Assembly (NCBI RefSeq): GCF_037442345.1
Contig: NZ_JBBIQL010000019.1
Coordinates: 35,724 to 99,723 of the forward strand
DNA: 64,000 nt
Reading direction: 5' to 3'
Source: Rheinheimera sp.
GTDB taxonomy: Bacteria; Pseudomonadota; Gammaproteobacteria; Enterobacterales; Alteromonadaceae
Shown: positions 9,975-19,763 of the stretch, piece by piece
Layout of the letters: each line of letters starts with the position of its first letter
Position numbering within the stretch: the first letter of the stretch is position 1
Notes under the pieces: model-generated
Told to the model about the DNA's origin: nothing
Databases searched by the model: none
What the model saw: only the letters and a program-made list of their open reading frames with translations
Program-made: the position numbers and the translations under genes

Positions 9975-10916
9975 ATGATGAAAAAACATCTCGCTATTAC
10001 GGTATTACTGCTGACCAGCACAAGCCTGCTGGCTGCCAACCCGTTGTTCCCGGAAGTGCGCACTGCCGATCCAGCCGCTTTGGTGGTCGGGGATAGGGTG
10101 TATCTGTATGCAGGCCAGGATGAAGCCAAAGACAACAAAACATTTTTTGCGATGCATCAGTGGCTGGGCTTTTCCAGCAAAGATTTAAAAAGCTGGCAAC
10201 GGCATGGCCCTTTATTGAAAGCCAAAGATTTCAGCTGGGCCAAAGGGGATGCCTGGGCGTCGCAGGTGATTGAAAAAGGCGGTAAGTTTTACTGGTACGT
10301 CACAGTGCGCCACGCCAGCATCAATGGTTTTGCGATTGGGGTCGCAGTCGGCGACTCACCGCTGGGGCCTTTTAAAGATGCACGGGGTACTGCGCTTATT
10401 ACCAATGACATGACCACAGACACGGAAATTGACTGGGATGATATAGACCCGTCGGTTTTTATTGACGATGACGGTCAGGCCTATTTGTTCTGGGGCAACA
10501 CCAAGCCGCGTTACGCCAAGCTCAAAGCCAGTATGACAGAACTGGATGGCCCCATTCAGAAACTGGATTTACCGAATTTTACCGAAGCCATCTGGGTGCA
10601 TAAAAAAGCCGACACTTACTACCTGTCCTATGCGTCCGGCTTTCCGGAGAAAATTGTCTATGCCACCAGCAAGTCGATTCATGGGCCATGGCAGTACCGT
10701 GGCATTCTGAATGAAGTGGCCGGAAATTCACCGACCAATCATCAGGCCATTATTGAATTTAAAGGCAAAGATTATTTCTTTTATCACAATGGCGCCGCAC
10801 AGCCTGATGGTGGCGAGTTTCGCCGCAGCGTGGCTGTTGAACCTTTGTATTACAACGCCGATGGCAGTATGAAACGCATTGTGATGACCAGCGAAGGGCT
10901 GGATGCCATTCCCTGA
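9975..10916 (+). CDS. Secreted GH43 glycoside hydrolase (arabinofuranosidase/xylosidase)
   Basis: Signal peptide MMKKHLAITVLLL...; ADPAALV, DIDPSVFIDDDG and FTEA (GH43 Asp/Asp/Glu positions). Confidence 0.88.
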   Translation: MMKKHLAITVLLLTSTSLLAANPLFPEVRTADPAALVVGDRVYLYAGQDEAKDNKTFFAMHQWLGFSSKDLKSWQRHGPLLKAKDFSWAKGDAWASQVIEKGGKFYWYVTVRHASINGFAIGVAVGDSPLGPFKDARGTALITNDMTTDTEIDWDDIDPSVFIDDDGQAYLFWGNTKPRYAKLKASMTELDGPIQKLDLPNFTEAIWVHKKADTYYLSYASGFPEKIVYATSKSIHGPWQYRGILNEVAGNSPTNHQAIIEFKGKDYFFYHNGAAQPDGGEFRRSVAVEPLYYNADGSMKRIVMTSEGLDAIP

Positions 10917-10930
10917 TCCAGGCCTTTGTC

Positions 10931-10974
10931 TGGTTGCACTGAGTCGGGGCTTTTGCCCCTTGACAGTGCAACCA
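10931..10974 (+). terminator. Long hairpin after the GH43 gene
   Basis: TGGTTGCACTG...GGGGC-TTTT-GCCCC...CAGTGCAACCA nested stem. Confidence 0.5.
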
Positions 10975-10995
10975 AACAGCTTCATATTAATCCTA

Positions 10996-11006
10996 TTGTA
11001 ATACAA
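10996..11006. promoter_or_regulatory. Putative FadR/DgoR-type operator upstream of araD1
   Basis: Perfect palindrome TTGTA-A-TACAA, about 20 bp upstream of the ATG. Confidence 0.65.
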
Positions 11007-11027
11007 ATATTTGATGCAAGGACAAAG

Positions 11028-12023
11028 ATGCGACTGATCCAATTTCTGACCAGCGCAGGCAGCCGGGCTGTCGCGTTAGTCAATTCCAGACAACAAGTGC
11101 AGCTGCTAAGCGGTGTCAACACTGTCTATCAGTTGGCCCAACAGGCCCTGAACACTCAAACCCCAATTCAGACCCTGGTCAGCCAGCTGCTGAGCAGTGA
11201 AACAGCGGACTATGCCGCCATTCGCAGCCAGGGCCGCTTGCTGACACCTTTTGATCATCCGGATCCGGCCCATTTGCTGGTGACAGGCACAGGGCTGACT
11301 CACCTGGGCAGTGCCGACACCCGCGCCAGCATGCACGCTCAGACCAGCGGTAAAACCCAGGCCGAGCTGACCGACACCATGAAGATGTTCAAATTGGGGG
11401 TCGAAGGCGGTAAACCGCAACCGGGCCAGCAGGGTGTGCAGCCGGAATGGTTTTATAAAGGAGATGGCAGCATAGTGGTCCCCCCCGGTGCTGCGCTGCC
11501 GTCTCCTGTTTTTGCGCTTGATGGTGGCGAAGAGCCGGAAATTGTCGGGGTTTATCTCAATGACGCCGAAGGTCAGCCCTGGCGTATTGGTTTTGCCTTG
11601 GGTAATGAGTTTTCTGACCATAAAACCGAACGGCTGAATTACCTGTACCTGGCGCATTCGAAGTTACGCCCCTGCTCTTTTGGTCCGGAATTATTAGTGG
11701 GTGAGCTGCCCGCTCATATTGAAGGCGTCTCGCGGATTTACCGCAATGGCGAGCTGTTGTGGCAAAAGGCCTTTGTCAGCGGTGAAGACAATATGTCGCA
11801 CAGTGTGGCGAATTTAGAACATCACCACTTTAAATACCCCTTGTTCTGCCGCCCGGGCGACGGCCACTTGCATTACTTCGGCACTGCCACCTTAAGTTTT
11901 GGGGATGGTATTGAGACTCTGCCTGGGGATGTATTTGAAATTGAATCAGCGGCTTTTGGCGCACCGCTGCAAAACAGTCTGGGCCTGGAACAGCGCCCCA
12001 TTCGTACCGTTAAGACGCTATAA
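11028..12023 (+). CDS. araD1: FAH-superfamily AraD1/GguC-like protein, probable 2-keto-3-deoxy-L-arabinonate dehydratase
   Basis: GTGLTHLGSA, QPEWFYKGDG, DGGEEPE, GNEFSDH and NYLYLAHSKLR motifs; ATG at 11028 follows an RBS-like AAGGA. Confidence 0.82.
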   Translation: MRLIQFLTSAGSRAVALVNSRQQVQLLSGVNTVYQLAQQALNTQTPIQTLVSQLLSSETADYAAIRSQGRLLTPFDHPDPAHLLVTGTGLTHLGSADTRASMHAQTSGKTQAELTDTMKMFKLGVEGGKPQPGQQGVQPEWFYKGDGSIVVPPGAALPSPVFALDGGEEPEIVGVYLNDAEGQPWRIGFALGNEFSDHKTERLNYLYLAHSKLRPCSFGPELLVGELPAHIEGVSRIYRNGELLWQKAFVSGEDNMSHSVANLEHHHFKYPLFCRPGDGHLHYFGTATLSFGDGIETLPGDVFEIESAAFGAPLQNSLGLEQRPIRTVKTL

Positions 12024-12037
12024 CTTCCATGGGGGCT

Positions 12038-12075
12038 GGTCTGGTATTTTGTGTTGCCATGCAAAATACCAGACC
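12038..12075. terminator. Bidirectional hairpin between the convergent araD1 and regulator genes
   Basis: 14-bp perfect arms GGTCTGGTATTTTG / CAAAATACCAGACC. Confidence 0.65.
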
Positions 12076-12085
12076 TGACTGCCTT

Positions 12086-12814
12086 CTAATCCTGACGCGC
12101 CAGGTTTTTCAGTGCGTATTCCAGGTTTTCTTTCGATTTGGCCAGTAACTGGAACATTTCCAGTTTAGCTTTGGTGGCATCTCCGGCCGCAATCGCCTGA
12201 TACACACCTTTGTGACCTGGTAATGAATCTGTGTATTCCTCGCTGATGGAGCTGCTTAAGCGGAACAAGCCCATCAGGGCTGTCTGAATGGTCATGCCCA
12301 AGGAAATCATAAACTCATTGTTGGTCGCATCCAGTACCGCCATATGAAATTCCAGGTCACTGGAAAACACCGCATCCGTGCCAAGCTCAGCCTGCTCCAT
12401 CGCTTCATAGGCTCTCGCCAGCACCAGCACCTGTTCCTCGGTGCGGTTCCGGGCGGCCAGTTCAGCGGCAGCCGGTTCAAAAATTTCGCGAATTTCAAAT
12501 AACGAGATAAAAAACTGCGGCGAAGGCTTGGATTCAAAACACCAGCTTAAAATTTCACTGTCGAACATATTCCAGTGCTTGCGTGGGCGAATGCGGGTAC
12601 CAAGTTTGGGCCTGGATTCCAATAACCCTTTGGAGGTTAGGATCTTAAACGCCTCGCGCAGCGCAGTGCGGGACACACCAAGCTCTTCACCTATGCTGGT
12701 TTCATTCGGAATGTATTCTCCGGGCGCATAAACACCGCTGACAATGCGGGTACCTAATTCTTCAGCCACCCAACCATGAATACTTTGAGGCCGGCTTTTT
12801 AACTGATTGGCCAT
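12086..12814 (-). CDS. GntR/FadR-subfamily (DgoR-like) transcriptional regulator of the arabinose locus
   Basis: wHTH GEELGVSRTALREA...GTR; FCD domain with DLEFH; ATG at 12814. Confidence 0.88.
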   Translation of the reverse strand: MANQLKSRPQSIHGWVAEELGTRIVSGVYAPGEYIPNETSIGEELGVSRTALREAFKILTSKGLLESRPKLGTRIRPRKHWNMFDSEILSWCFESKPSPQFFISLFEIREIFEPAAAELAARNRTEEQVLVLARAYEAMEQAELGTDAVFSSDLEFHMAVLDATNNEFMISLGMTIQTALMGLFRLSSSISEEYTDSLPGHKGVYQAIAAGDATKAKLEMFQLLAKSKENLEYALKNLARQD

Positions 12815-12852
12815 GGAGTTCCCCTGCGCACTTCGCTCAGCCTGAGCACAAT

Positions 12853-12863
12853 TACTACTACAA
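12853..12863. promoter_or_regulatory. Putative autoregulatory operator of the FadR-type regulator
   Basis: Reverse complement TTGTAGTAGTA, same motif family as the sites at 9768 and 10996. Confidence 0.5.
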
Positions 12864-13078
12864 TAATAGTTATAATATCTGATTTTCAATGCCAAAGTGG
12901 AATAAAGACCAGATTTCATTAGCTTTTTGTAAAAAACAGGAAAATCATAGGCATTGCACTATTAAATAGCAATACAGCCCGTTTTCTGAGGCAGAGTTCC
13001 CGGCTTTCATTTGATAAAAACTGCATTTTATTGCGGCAGAGAGTAAAATGCAGCTAAAGCGCTTTCACCACTACTGCT

Positions 13079-14341
13079 TTGGAGCTTATTGAATTGCCAG
13101 TCAAAATCAGCCCGGCCGATGTCAAAGTCGGTTATGCCATCAAATTACCAGTCGGCTGGATGAAACACCCCTTTCTGACCAATAAGCTGGTGGTGGAAAA
13201 CCAGCAGCAGGTGCGCATTATTCAGTCGTTGGATTTGGACTATGTGTATTTTTACCCTGAACGCAGCTCAGTGCCCCTGGATGCTCCAGAAGAACCATCT
13301 GACTGCCCCGCGCTGGATATGGCTGATATTCAGGCCAAAACTGAAATGCAGCATGAAAAAATGCGCCGCATCGAACAAGCCAAAGCCCAGCGCCGAGAAC
13401 TGCAGAAAACTGAAAAAGCCTTTGCCCAGTCGGTGGTGCAGGTGCGTCAGCTGATGAGCCAGATTGGCAGCCGGCCACTGAACGCCATTCAGGACGCCGA
13501 TATGCTGGTGGGCCAGTTGGCCGACACTATTTTAGGTGCTGACGCCCTGGTATTGCACCTGATCTCTCAGGCCGGTAAAGAGCAGGAAGGGCTGTATTAC
13601 CACGCCCTGAACGTTTCTATTTTGTCGATGATGCTGGCCAAACACCTGAACTTAGGAGCCGAGCAGGTCAGGCTGGTGGGTATTGGTGCTTTATTTCACG
13701 ACATTGGCAAGCTGAAAGTACCGGCTCAAATACTGCGTAAAACCACAGAGCTGACGGCTCCTGAACAAAACTTTCTGAAACTGCATGGCAAACTGGGGCT
13801 GGATTTACTGAAACTCAGTGAGCAGTTTCCTGAAGCCGCCAAAACCATAGTCGAGCAGCATCATGAATACCTGGACGGCTCCGGTTATCCGGCCGGCTTA
13901 AAAGCCGGACAAATAGACGGGCTGGCCCGGGTGGTGGCGGTCGTTAACGAATTTGACAACCTCTGCCATCCGGTAGACCCCACCAAAGCCCGCTCGCCAC
14001 ACCATGCATTGTCAGCCATGTACAAAAGCATGAAAGGCAAACTGGGTGATACCGAAATGAAGCTGCTGATTAAAATGATGGGCATCTACCCACCAGGCAC
14101 TGTGGTGCAACTCAGCGACCAGCGCATTGGCATAGTCCTGTCGGTCAACGAAGAGGCCATGCTCTATCCCAACATTCTGATTTATGACCCGGACGTGCCC
14201 CGGCTGGAAGCACCAGTGATCACGCTGGCAGCGGATGGACTGAAAATTGAAAAAGCCTTACGCGCGAAGAGCCTGCCACCAGAAGTTTACAGCTACCTGA
14301 ACCCAAGAGCCCAGGTCAGTTATTACGTTCAACAAAAATAA
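13079..14341 (+). CDS. HD-GYP c-di-GMP phosphodiesterase with DUF3391-like N-terminus
   Basis: LFHDIGK (HD) and HHEYLDGSGYPAGL (GYP loop); start codon uncertain (TTG). Confidence 0.85.
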   Translation: MELIELPVKISPADVKVGYAIKLPVGWMKHPFLTNKLVVENQQQVRIIQSLDLDYVYFYPERSSVPLDAPEEPSDCPALDMADIQAKTEMQHEKMRRIEQAKAQRRELQKTEKAFAQSVVQVRQLMSQIGSRPLNAIQDADMLVGQLADTILGADALVLHLISQAGKEQEGLYYHALNVSILSMMLAKHLNLGAEQVRLVGIGALFHDIGKLKVPAQILRKTTELTAPEQNFLKLHGKLGLDLLKLSEQFPEAAKTIVEQHHEYLDGSGYPAGLKAGQIDGLARVVAVVNEFDNLCHPVDPTKARSPHHALSAMYKSMKGKLGDTEMKLLIKMMGIYPPGTVVQLSDQRIGIVLSVNEEAMLYPNILIYDPDVPRLEAPVITLAADGLKIEKALRAKSLPPEVYSYLNPRAQVSYYVQQK

Positions 14342-14545
14342 ATTATTCAGTTTCAGCCGTTTATTAAAGAAGTCAGACCTCAGCACAAAAAACTGCTGTT
14401 TCGGTTAACACACTTTGTTATGATACGCGGCCGTTTTTTGTACACAAAACGGCCGATTGTTGCAGGTTCCAGGGATTCAGACTGCAAAATTAATCGCTTT
14501 GGTCCCTGGCAGGCCCGCAGGGGAAAAGCACACTGATGTTTTGTT

Positions 14546-15733
14546 ATGACCCCAAACCCACAAGCACAATTATTGATTTGGTTTGTCTTCCTGCTGGCTA
14601 TAGTCGCAGGAGTGGCCTGGGCTCTGATGACCAGCCCTTTGCGTGTCGCCCCCAAAGCCAGTGGCCGCTTTTTTGTGACCAATCTGCTGTTAGCCTTGGG
14701 CGTATTTCTGCTGTTGCTGGGGCAAACGCACGCTTATTGGGCTATCTGGCTGGCGTCTGATCTGTTGATCCTGGCCAGTTTTGCATTTTTGGGCTGGGGT
14801 CTTCAGCACTTATTTAAACAAGAGTCCACCACGCGGCGGGACAGTCTGTTGTTGGCCGGCTGTGCCGCCTTGATGCTGTCCATGTATTTGTCCGCCTCCA
14901 TCAACACTGAATTAGGTGTGCTGTTTTGTCTGATGGCCAGCTATTTATTGGGTCAGGCCAGCCACCATAAATTTATTGCCATCCGCCAGAATTTCAACAG
15001 CCTGGCCGCCAGCCTGATGGCGCTGCCACTGCTGCTCACCGCGCTGCTGTTTGTGGCCAGAGCCATAGCGTTAGTGGTGCTGCCCGCTGAGCACCAAGGG
15101 GTCCTCAGCCACAGTTCAGAACAAGGCCTGCCGATGCTCTGGACTTATGTGGTGCTGGTGCTGGCGGTCAATGCGACCGTCTTTGGCGGCGCATTGGCCC
15201 GGCTGGTCGCTAAAATCCGCTTAATGGCAGAGCATGATCAGTTAACAGGCCTTTACAACCGCCGGGCCGTGTTGAAAAAGCTGCATCAGTGTCACGACGA
15301 TTTGCAAAAACAACAAATTCCTTATGGCTTGATCCTGCTCGACCTGGACCACTTTAAACAAATCAACGACAGCTATGGCCACGATGCCGGTGACGCCGCG
15401 TTATTGCAGTGTGCCAGGACCTTACGTCAATCTGTGCGGCCCAACGACATTCTGAGCCGTTACGGCGGAGAAGAGTTTTTACTGGTGCTGCCGGATTGTG
15501 CAGAAGCCTATGTGGCCGCCGTGGCAGAGCGGGTCTGTCAGGCTATCGGGCAATCGCCACTGCAATGGCAGCAGCAGGAACTGCAACTCTCAGCCAGCCT
15601 TGGTCATATCTGGGCCGATCCGGATCTGACCGTCGATCAGCTGTTAACACTGGCCGACAAAGCCATGTATAAGGCCAAAGGTGCCGGCCGCAATACCAGT
15701 GTGAAAGCCGCCCAGCATCACACCGATGGCTAA
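14546..15733 (+). CDS. Membrane-bound diguanylate cyclase
   Basis: About 7 TM helices, DLDHFKQINDSYGH, RPND I-site and SRYGGEEF active site. Confidence 0.9.
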   Translation: MTPNPQAQLLIWFVFLLAIVAGVAWALMTSPLRVAPKASGRFFVTNLLLALGVFLLLLGQTHAYWAIWLASDLLILASFAFLGWGLQHLFKQESTTRRDSLLLAGCAALMLSMYLSASINTELGVLFCLMASYLLGQASHHKFIAIRQNFNSLAASLMALPLLLTALLFVARAIALVVLPAEHQGVLSHSSEQGLPMLWTYVVLVLAVNATVFGGALARLVAKIRLMAEHDQLTGLYNRRAVLKKLHQCHDDLQKQQIPYGLILLDLDHFKQINDSYGHDAGDAALLQCARTLRQSVRPNDILSRYGGEEFLLVLPDCAEAYVAAVAERVCQAIGQSPLQWQQQELQLSASLGHIWADPDLTVDQLLTLADKAMYKAKGAGRNTSVKAAQHHTDG

Positions 15734-15895
15734 GACGGGTTGCCGGTAACTCACCGACAACTCTGAGCTTGTTTCAGATCAAAGCCTGATGCATAAAATC
15801 CGGTAGTCTGTGCACACTGACTACGCACCAAAGCCAGTCGGCCCCCCGCTGATGCGGGCCTGACAGGCGAAAGCGCCGGATGCCACAGGACCTTT

Positions 15896-18397
15896 ATGCC
15901 CCTAACCCCGCCCCCGGATCTGACCCAGCTCAGCTCCAGCCAACCTTTAGCTGAACTGCTCAGCCAGCAGGCCCTGGTCTGTTGCCAGCCAGAACAGTCG
16001 GTGCAGCAAGTCGCCTGTATGATGGCCAGTCGGAATATCAGCTGCGTGCTGGTGGAGGAACAGCACAAGATTATTGGGATCTGGACTGAATCCGACAGCA
16101 AAAGACTGCTGTGCAGCGACTCCGATAACCTGGACCAGCCAATCCGTCAGGTGATGAGCCACCCGGTGATGACCATCAGCCATATGGCCAGCGCAGCCGA
16201 CGCCACAGAGCTGATGAAAGGCTCCGGGATCCGCCGTTTGCTGGTGGTGGATGAGCAGGAACAGGCCTTAGGGATCCTGACCCAGACTGACCTGATCCGA
16301 CAACAGCAGCTGGAGCATTATCTGGTACTGCGTGATATCTCCTCTTTGCTCAACGAAGCGCCTTTGGTGCTGCAAGGGCATCAGAGTTTGTCTACCGCCG
16401 CTTACGCCATGGCCGAAAGCCGCACTGACGCTGTGCTGGTGCAGCTCGAAACGGGGGAGTACGGCATAGTGACAGAACGTGATCTGGTCCGGTTAATTGC
16501 CGCCAAACGCACCCGACTGAATCTGGAGCAAGTGGCCAGCTTCCCGCTGTTGACCTTACCTGCGCATACCAGTCTGATGCAGGCGGTGCAGACACTGGAA
16601 CACAATGGCTACCGCCATCTGGGCGTTACCTCGTCGAGTGGCCAGTTATGCGGTCTGCTGTCTTACAGCCATTTGTTGCTGAATATGGAGCACCTCTATA
16701 TCCGGGAACTGCGGGCAGCACTGGAAGCGCATAATCTGGCACTGCGAAGTTCCGCCGAACACCTGAAACTGGCCTATCAGGTGATTGAAGCGTCCAAGGA
16801 CGCCATTATGATCACGGATCGTCAGGGGGTGATCCAGTCGGTCAATCCGGCCTTTTGTCAGTTGACCGGCTACAGCGTCAGTGATGCACTGGGCAAGACG
16901 CCCAGATTACTGAGCTCGGGTCTGCACAACAGCACCTTCTACCAACAGATGTGGCAGCAGTTGCAGCAACAGGGCCACTGGCAGGGTGAAATTTACAATA
17001 AACGCAAAAACGGTGAAGTGTATCCGGAGTGGCTGTCGATCAGTGCCATTCGCAGTGAAGACGGCATGGTCAGCCAATACGCCGCCATCTTCTCTGATAT
17101 GACGGAGCGGAAAAAGCGCGAAGAAAAAATCCATCAGCTGGCCTTTTTTGATGAAATGACCGGCCTGGCCAACCGACGTTTATTTCATGACAGGCTCGAA
17201 CTCAGCCTGGCCAATGCCAAACGGCACCAGCATTTATTAGCCGTGCTTTTCCTTGATCTGGATTTGTTTAAACGCATCAACGACACGCTGGGGCATCAGG
17301 CGGGCGACCAGGTGCTGATCCAGGTCGGCAAACGCCTGAGCCAGGTCGTACGAACCGGCGAATCTGTCGCCCGGCTGGGCGGTGATGAATTTACCCTGCT
17401 GATGCCTGAGTGCAGCTCAGTGCAGGATACCGAACACCTGGCCCGCCGCATTGTGCAACAATTCAGTCTGCCTTTTTTAATCGGCGACCAGGAACTGGTG
17501 CTGACCACCAGCATTGGCATTGCATTTTACCCACAAGACGCCGACAGCGCCGATGAATTGTTACGCTGCGCCGATGTCGCTATGTACCAGGCCAAATCAT
17601 CCGGCCGTAACCACTACGCTTTTTACCACCACAGCCTGGGCCAGCGTCACCGCGAAGCGCTGGAACTGGAACAGGCGCTGCGCCGCGCCATGGCAGAGCA
17701 GCGGCTGGAAGTACATTATCAGCCGAAAATCCGTCTGGCCGACGGCAGCACCGACAGTCTGGAGGCGCTGGTGCGCTGGACAGATCCACAACGCGGTGCT
17801 GTCCCGCCTGATTTATTTATTCCTGTGGCAGAAAACCTCGGCCTGATCCAACAACTGGGTGCCTATGTGCTGCAACAGGTCTGTGCTCAGCTTACACAGT
17901 GGCCAAAACACTGCCGGGTTGCGGTCAACATTTCGGCCAAAGAACTGAGCGCCAGCAGCTTTCTGCCTATGGTGCGGGAGTTACTGAACCGCTATGGCAT
18001 CAGGCCTGGCCAGCTGGAACTGGAAATCACCGAAAGCTGCCTGGTGCCCGAGCAGGCGGAACAGACCTTACGTTTGCTTGGGGCGCTGCGACAAATGGGG
18101 ATCCGCATCGCGATTGATGACTTTGGCACCGGCTATTCGTCCTTGTCTTATTTACGCCATTTGCCGATCGACAGCATCAAAATAGACCGCAGCTTTATCC
18201 GTGCTCTGCCAGAGGATCTCAATGATTGCCAGATCACCAGTGCCATACTGGCCATGGCGAAAGCTCTGGGGCTGCAGGTGGTGGCGGAAGGAATTGAAAC
18301 GCCGCAGCAACTGGAGTTTCTGCTGCAGGCCGGTTGCGATTTAGGCCAGGGTTATTTGTTTGCCCGGCCAACACCGGCCTCACAGCTGGAGCTCTGA
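15896..18397 (+). CDS. CBS-CBS-PAS-GGDEF-EAL signalling protein
   Basis: Tandem CBS pairs, PAS ([11 protein letters not shown]...[12 protein letters not shown]), [34 protein letters not shown]. Confidence 0.92.
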   Translation: MPLTPPPDLTQLSSSQPLAELLSQQALVCCQPEQSVQQVACMMASRNISCVLVEEQHKIIGIWTESDSKRLLCSDSDNLDQPIRQVMSHPVMTISHMASAADATELMKGSGIRRLLVVDEQEQALGILTQTDLIRQQQLEHYLVLRDISSLLNEAPLVLQGHQSLSTAAYAMAESRTDAVLVQLETGEYGIVTERDLVRLIAAKRTRLNLEQVASFPLLTLPAHTSLMQAVQTLEHNGYRHLGVTSSSGQLCGLLSYSHLLLNMEHLYIRELRAALEAHNLALRSSAEHLKLAYQVIEASKDAIMITDRQGVIQSVNPAFCQLTGYSVSDALGKTPRLLSSGLHNSTFYQQMWQQLQQQGHWQGEIYNKRKNGEVYPEWLSISAIRSEDGMVSQYAAIFSDMTERKKREEKIHQLAFFDEMTGLANRRLFHDRLELSLANAKRHQHLLAVLFLDLDLFKRINDTLGHQAGDQVLIQVGKRLSQVVRTGESVARLGGDEFTLLMPECSSVQDTEHLARRIVQQFSLPFLIGDQELVLTTSIGIAFYPQDADSADELLRCADVAMYQAKSSGRNHYAFYHHSLGQRHREALELEQALRRAMAEQRLEVHYQPKIRLADGSTDSLEALVRWTDPQRGAVPPDLFIPVAENLGLIQQLGAYVLQQVCAQLTQWPKHCRVAVNISAKELSASSFLPMVRELLNRYGIRPGQLELEITESCLVPEQAEQTLRLLGALRQMGIRIAIDDFGTGYSSLSYLRHLPIDSIKIDRSFIRALPEDLNDCQITSAILAMAKALGLQVVAEGIETPQQLEFLLQAGCDLGQGYLFARPTPASQLEL

Positions 18398-18400
18398 CCC

Positions 18401-18871
18401 TCAATTGCGGCCAGACACCTGAGGCTGCGCCGGGACAGGCACACCTTTACTCTGCCATTTCATGACGACAAACTTCAGCGGCACTGTGCCTGTATTGCGG
18501 ATGCCGTGAGAATCCCAGGGCGCGGCATACAACATATCACCGGCTTTGGCGGGCAGCTCTTTGTCGTGCAGAGACCAAACCCCGCTGCCTTCAATCACCA
18601 TCAGGTATTCTTCTTCGGCATGCACATGAGGCGGATGAATTTCCTGGCCAGGTTCGATCACCGCCACGCCGGTCAGGGCATCCACAGTGCCAAAGGTTTC
18701 CCCGGAAAAATAGGTGCTGAACACATAACCTTTGCCGTGCTCGGCTTTGGCCTCACTGGCTTGTTTGATCGCGGAAGGCTGCCCAATGGCCTTCGGTGTC
18801 TGAGAGGCCGCAGGTTCAGCTGCCCATGCGGTTGCGCACAGACAGGTCAGACTCAGTATCAACAGACGCAT
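18401..18871 (-). CDS. Exported cupin-domain protein
   Basis: Signal peptide MRLLILSLTCLCATAWA; cupin motifs HPPHVHAEEEY and GDMLYAAPWDSHGI. Confidence 0.8.
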   Translation of the reverse strand: MRLLILSLTCLCATAWAAEPAASQTPKAIGQPSAIKQASEAKAEHGKGYVFSTYFSGETFGTVDALTGVAVIEPGQEIHPPHVHAEEEYLMVIEGSGVWSLHDKELPAKAGDMLYAAPWDSHGIRNTGTVPLKFVVMKWQSKGVPVPAQPQVSGRN

Positions 18872-19055
18872 AATTTGCTCCCGGTTTGAAAACACTGACG
18901 TCACTTTGCCAGCAACAGGGTCCGGATAACAGCTCAAACAGGCTCAATACCAATTTTCGTAACCTGATTAACAGCTCAACCAGCCAACAGCCGAGGCTCG
19001 CGCTAAACGGCCGGGCCTGATAGGCTGGTGTTTTTCCTGACCCCGGCCGCTGACG

Positions 19056-19757
19056 ATGCAGACTGACCATCAAGATAAAATCACCCATAAAAACTGGCTG
19101 AATGCGCAGGAAAAAGCGCAGCTGATTGCGTTGATCGCAGCCTGCTTTAAAGGCGTTGACAGTGTGGCGTATTTTCAGCGTTATTTTGCCAATCCGGCGC
19201 ACCAGCGCTGTGCGCTGCGGCTGTTTTATCAGGACGGACAACTGACCGGCTATTGCCTGCTGACCTTTACACAGAGCGGCAAAGCCACAGTGATGGGCGC
19301 GTCCGCCGCCTTTTTACCTGGCTTTCGTGGCCAGAACAGCACCTTTGCGTTTTCGTTGCGCTGGGCACTGCGCACCTGGCTGCGCCAGCCACTGCGGCCT
19401 TTGTATTACCTGGATACAATGCTGAGCCCGGCCATGTACCGCGCCATTGGCAAAAAAGTGGCACTGATTTACCCGAACCCGGCCATGAATGCAGCGGAAA
19501 CAGCGCGCTATCGGGCCCTGGTTGGCAATGCAGAACCCAGTCCCTGGCGTGGCCTTGGCTGTTTAAAAACCGTTGGCCGCTCCAGCAATTACAGCGCTGC
19601 GGATCTGCAGCAACTGAAACAAAGCCAGAAAGCGGAAATTGCCTTTTATTGCCAGCTTAACCCCCATTTTGAGCAGGGCATTGCCCTGCTGGTGTTAATA
19701 CCGGTCAGTTTTAAACAACTGATATGCACTTTGTGGAAGGGGCTGCGCCAATCCTGA
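19056..19757 (+). CDS. Hypothetical protein, possible GNAT-like acyltransferase fold
   Basis: 233-aa ORF filling the intergenic space; AAFLPGFRGQN resembles a GNAT motif A. Confidence 0.6.
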   Translation: MQTDHQDKITHKNWLNAQEKAQLIALIAACFKGVDSVAYFQRYFANPAHQRCALRLFYQDGQLTGYCLLTFTQSGKATVMGASAAFLPGFRGQNSTFAFSLRWALRTWLRQPLRPLYYLDTMLSPAMYRAIGKKVALIYPNPAMNAAETARYRALVGNAEPSPWRGLGCLKTVGRSSNYSAADLQQLKQSQKAEIAFYCQLNPHFEQGIALLVLIPVSFKQLICTLWKGLRQS

Positions 19758-19763
19758 GCCGGC

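Noticed and set aside
13021-13092. Inverted repeat CTGCATTTTA/TAAAATGCAG covering the ATG of a 14-codon ORF (MQLKRFHHYCFGAY) that overlaps the HD-GYP start
   Set aside because: Could be a leader peptide, but short ORFs of this size arise by chance and the HD-GYP start is itself uncertain
14428-14455. 10-bp inverted repeat CGGCCGTTTT/AAAACGGCCG upstream of the diguanylate cyclase
   Set aside because: No second copy and no U-tract; cannot tell operator from hairpin, so no function is claimed
15849-15872. CTGATG...stem...CGAAA resembling a hammerhead core
   Set aside because: The core reads CUGAUGC rather than CUGAUGA, and stems I and III with a cleavage triplet cannot be formed
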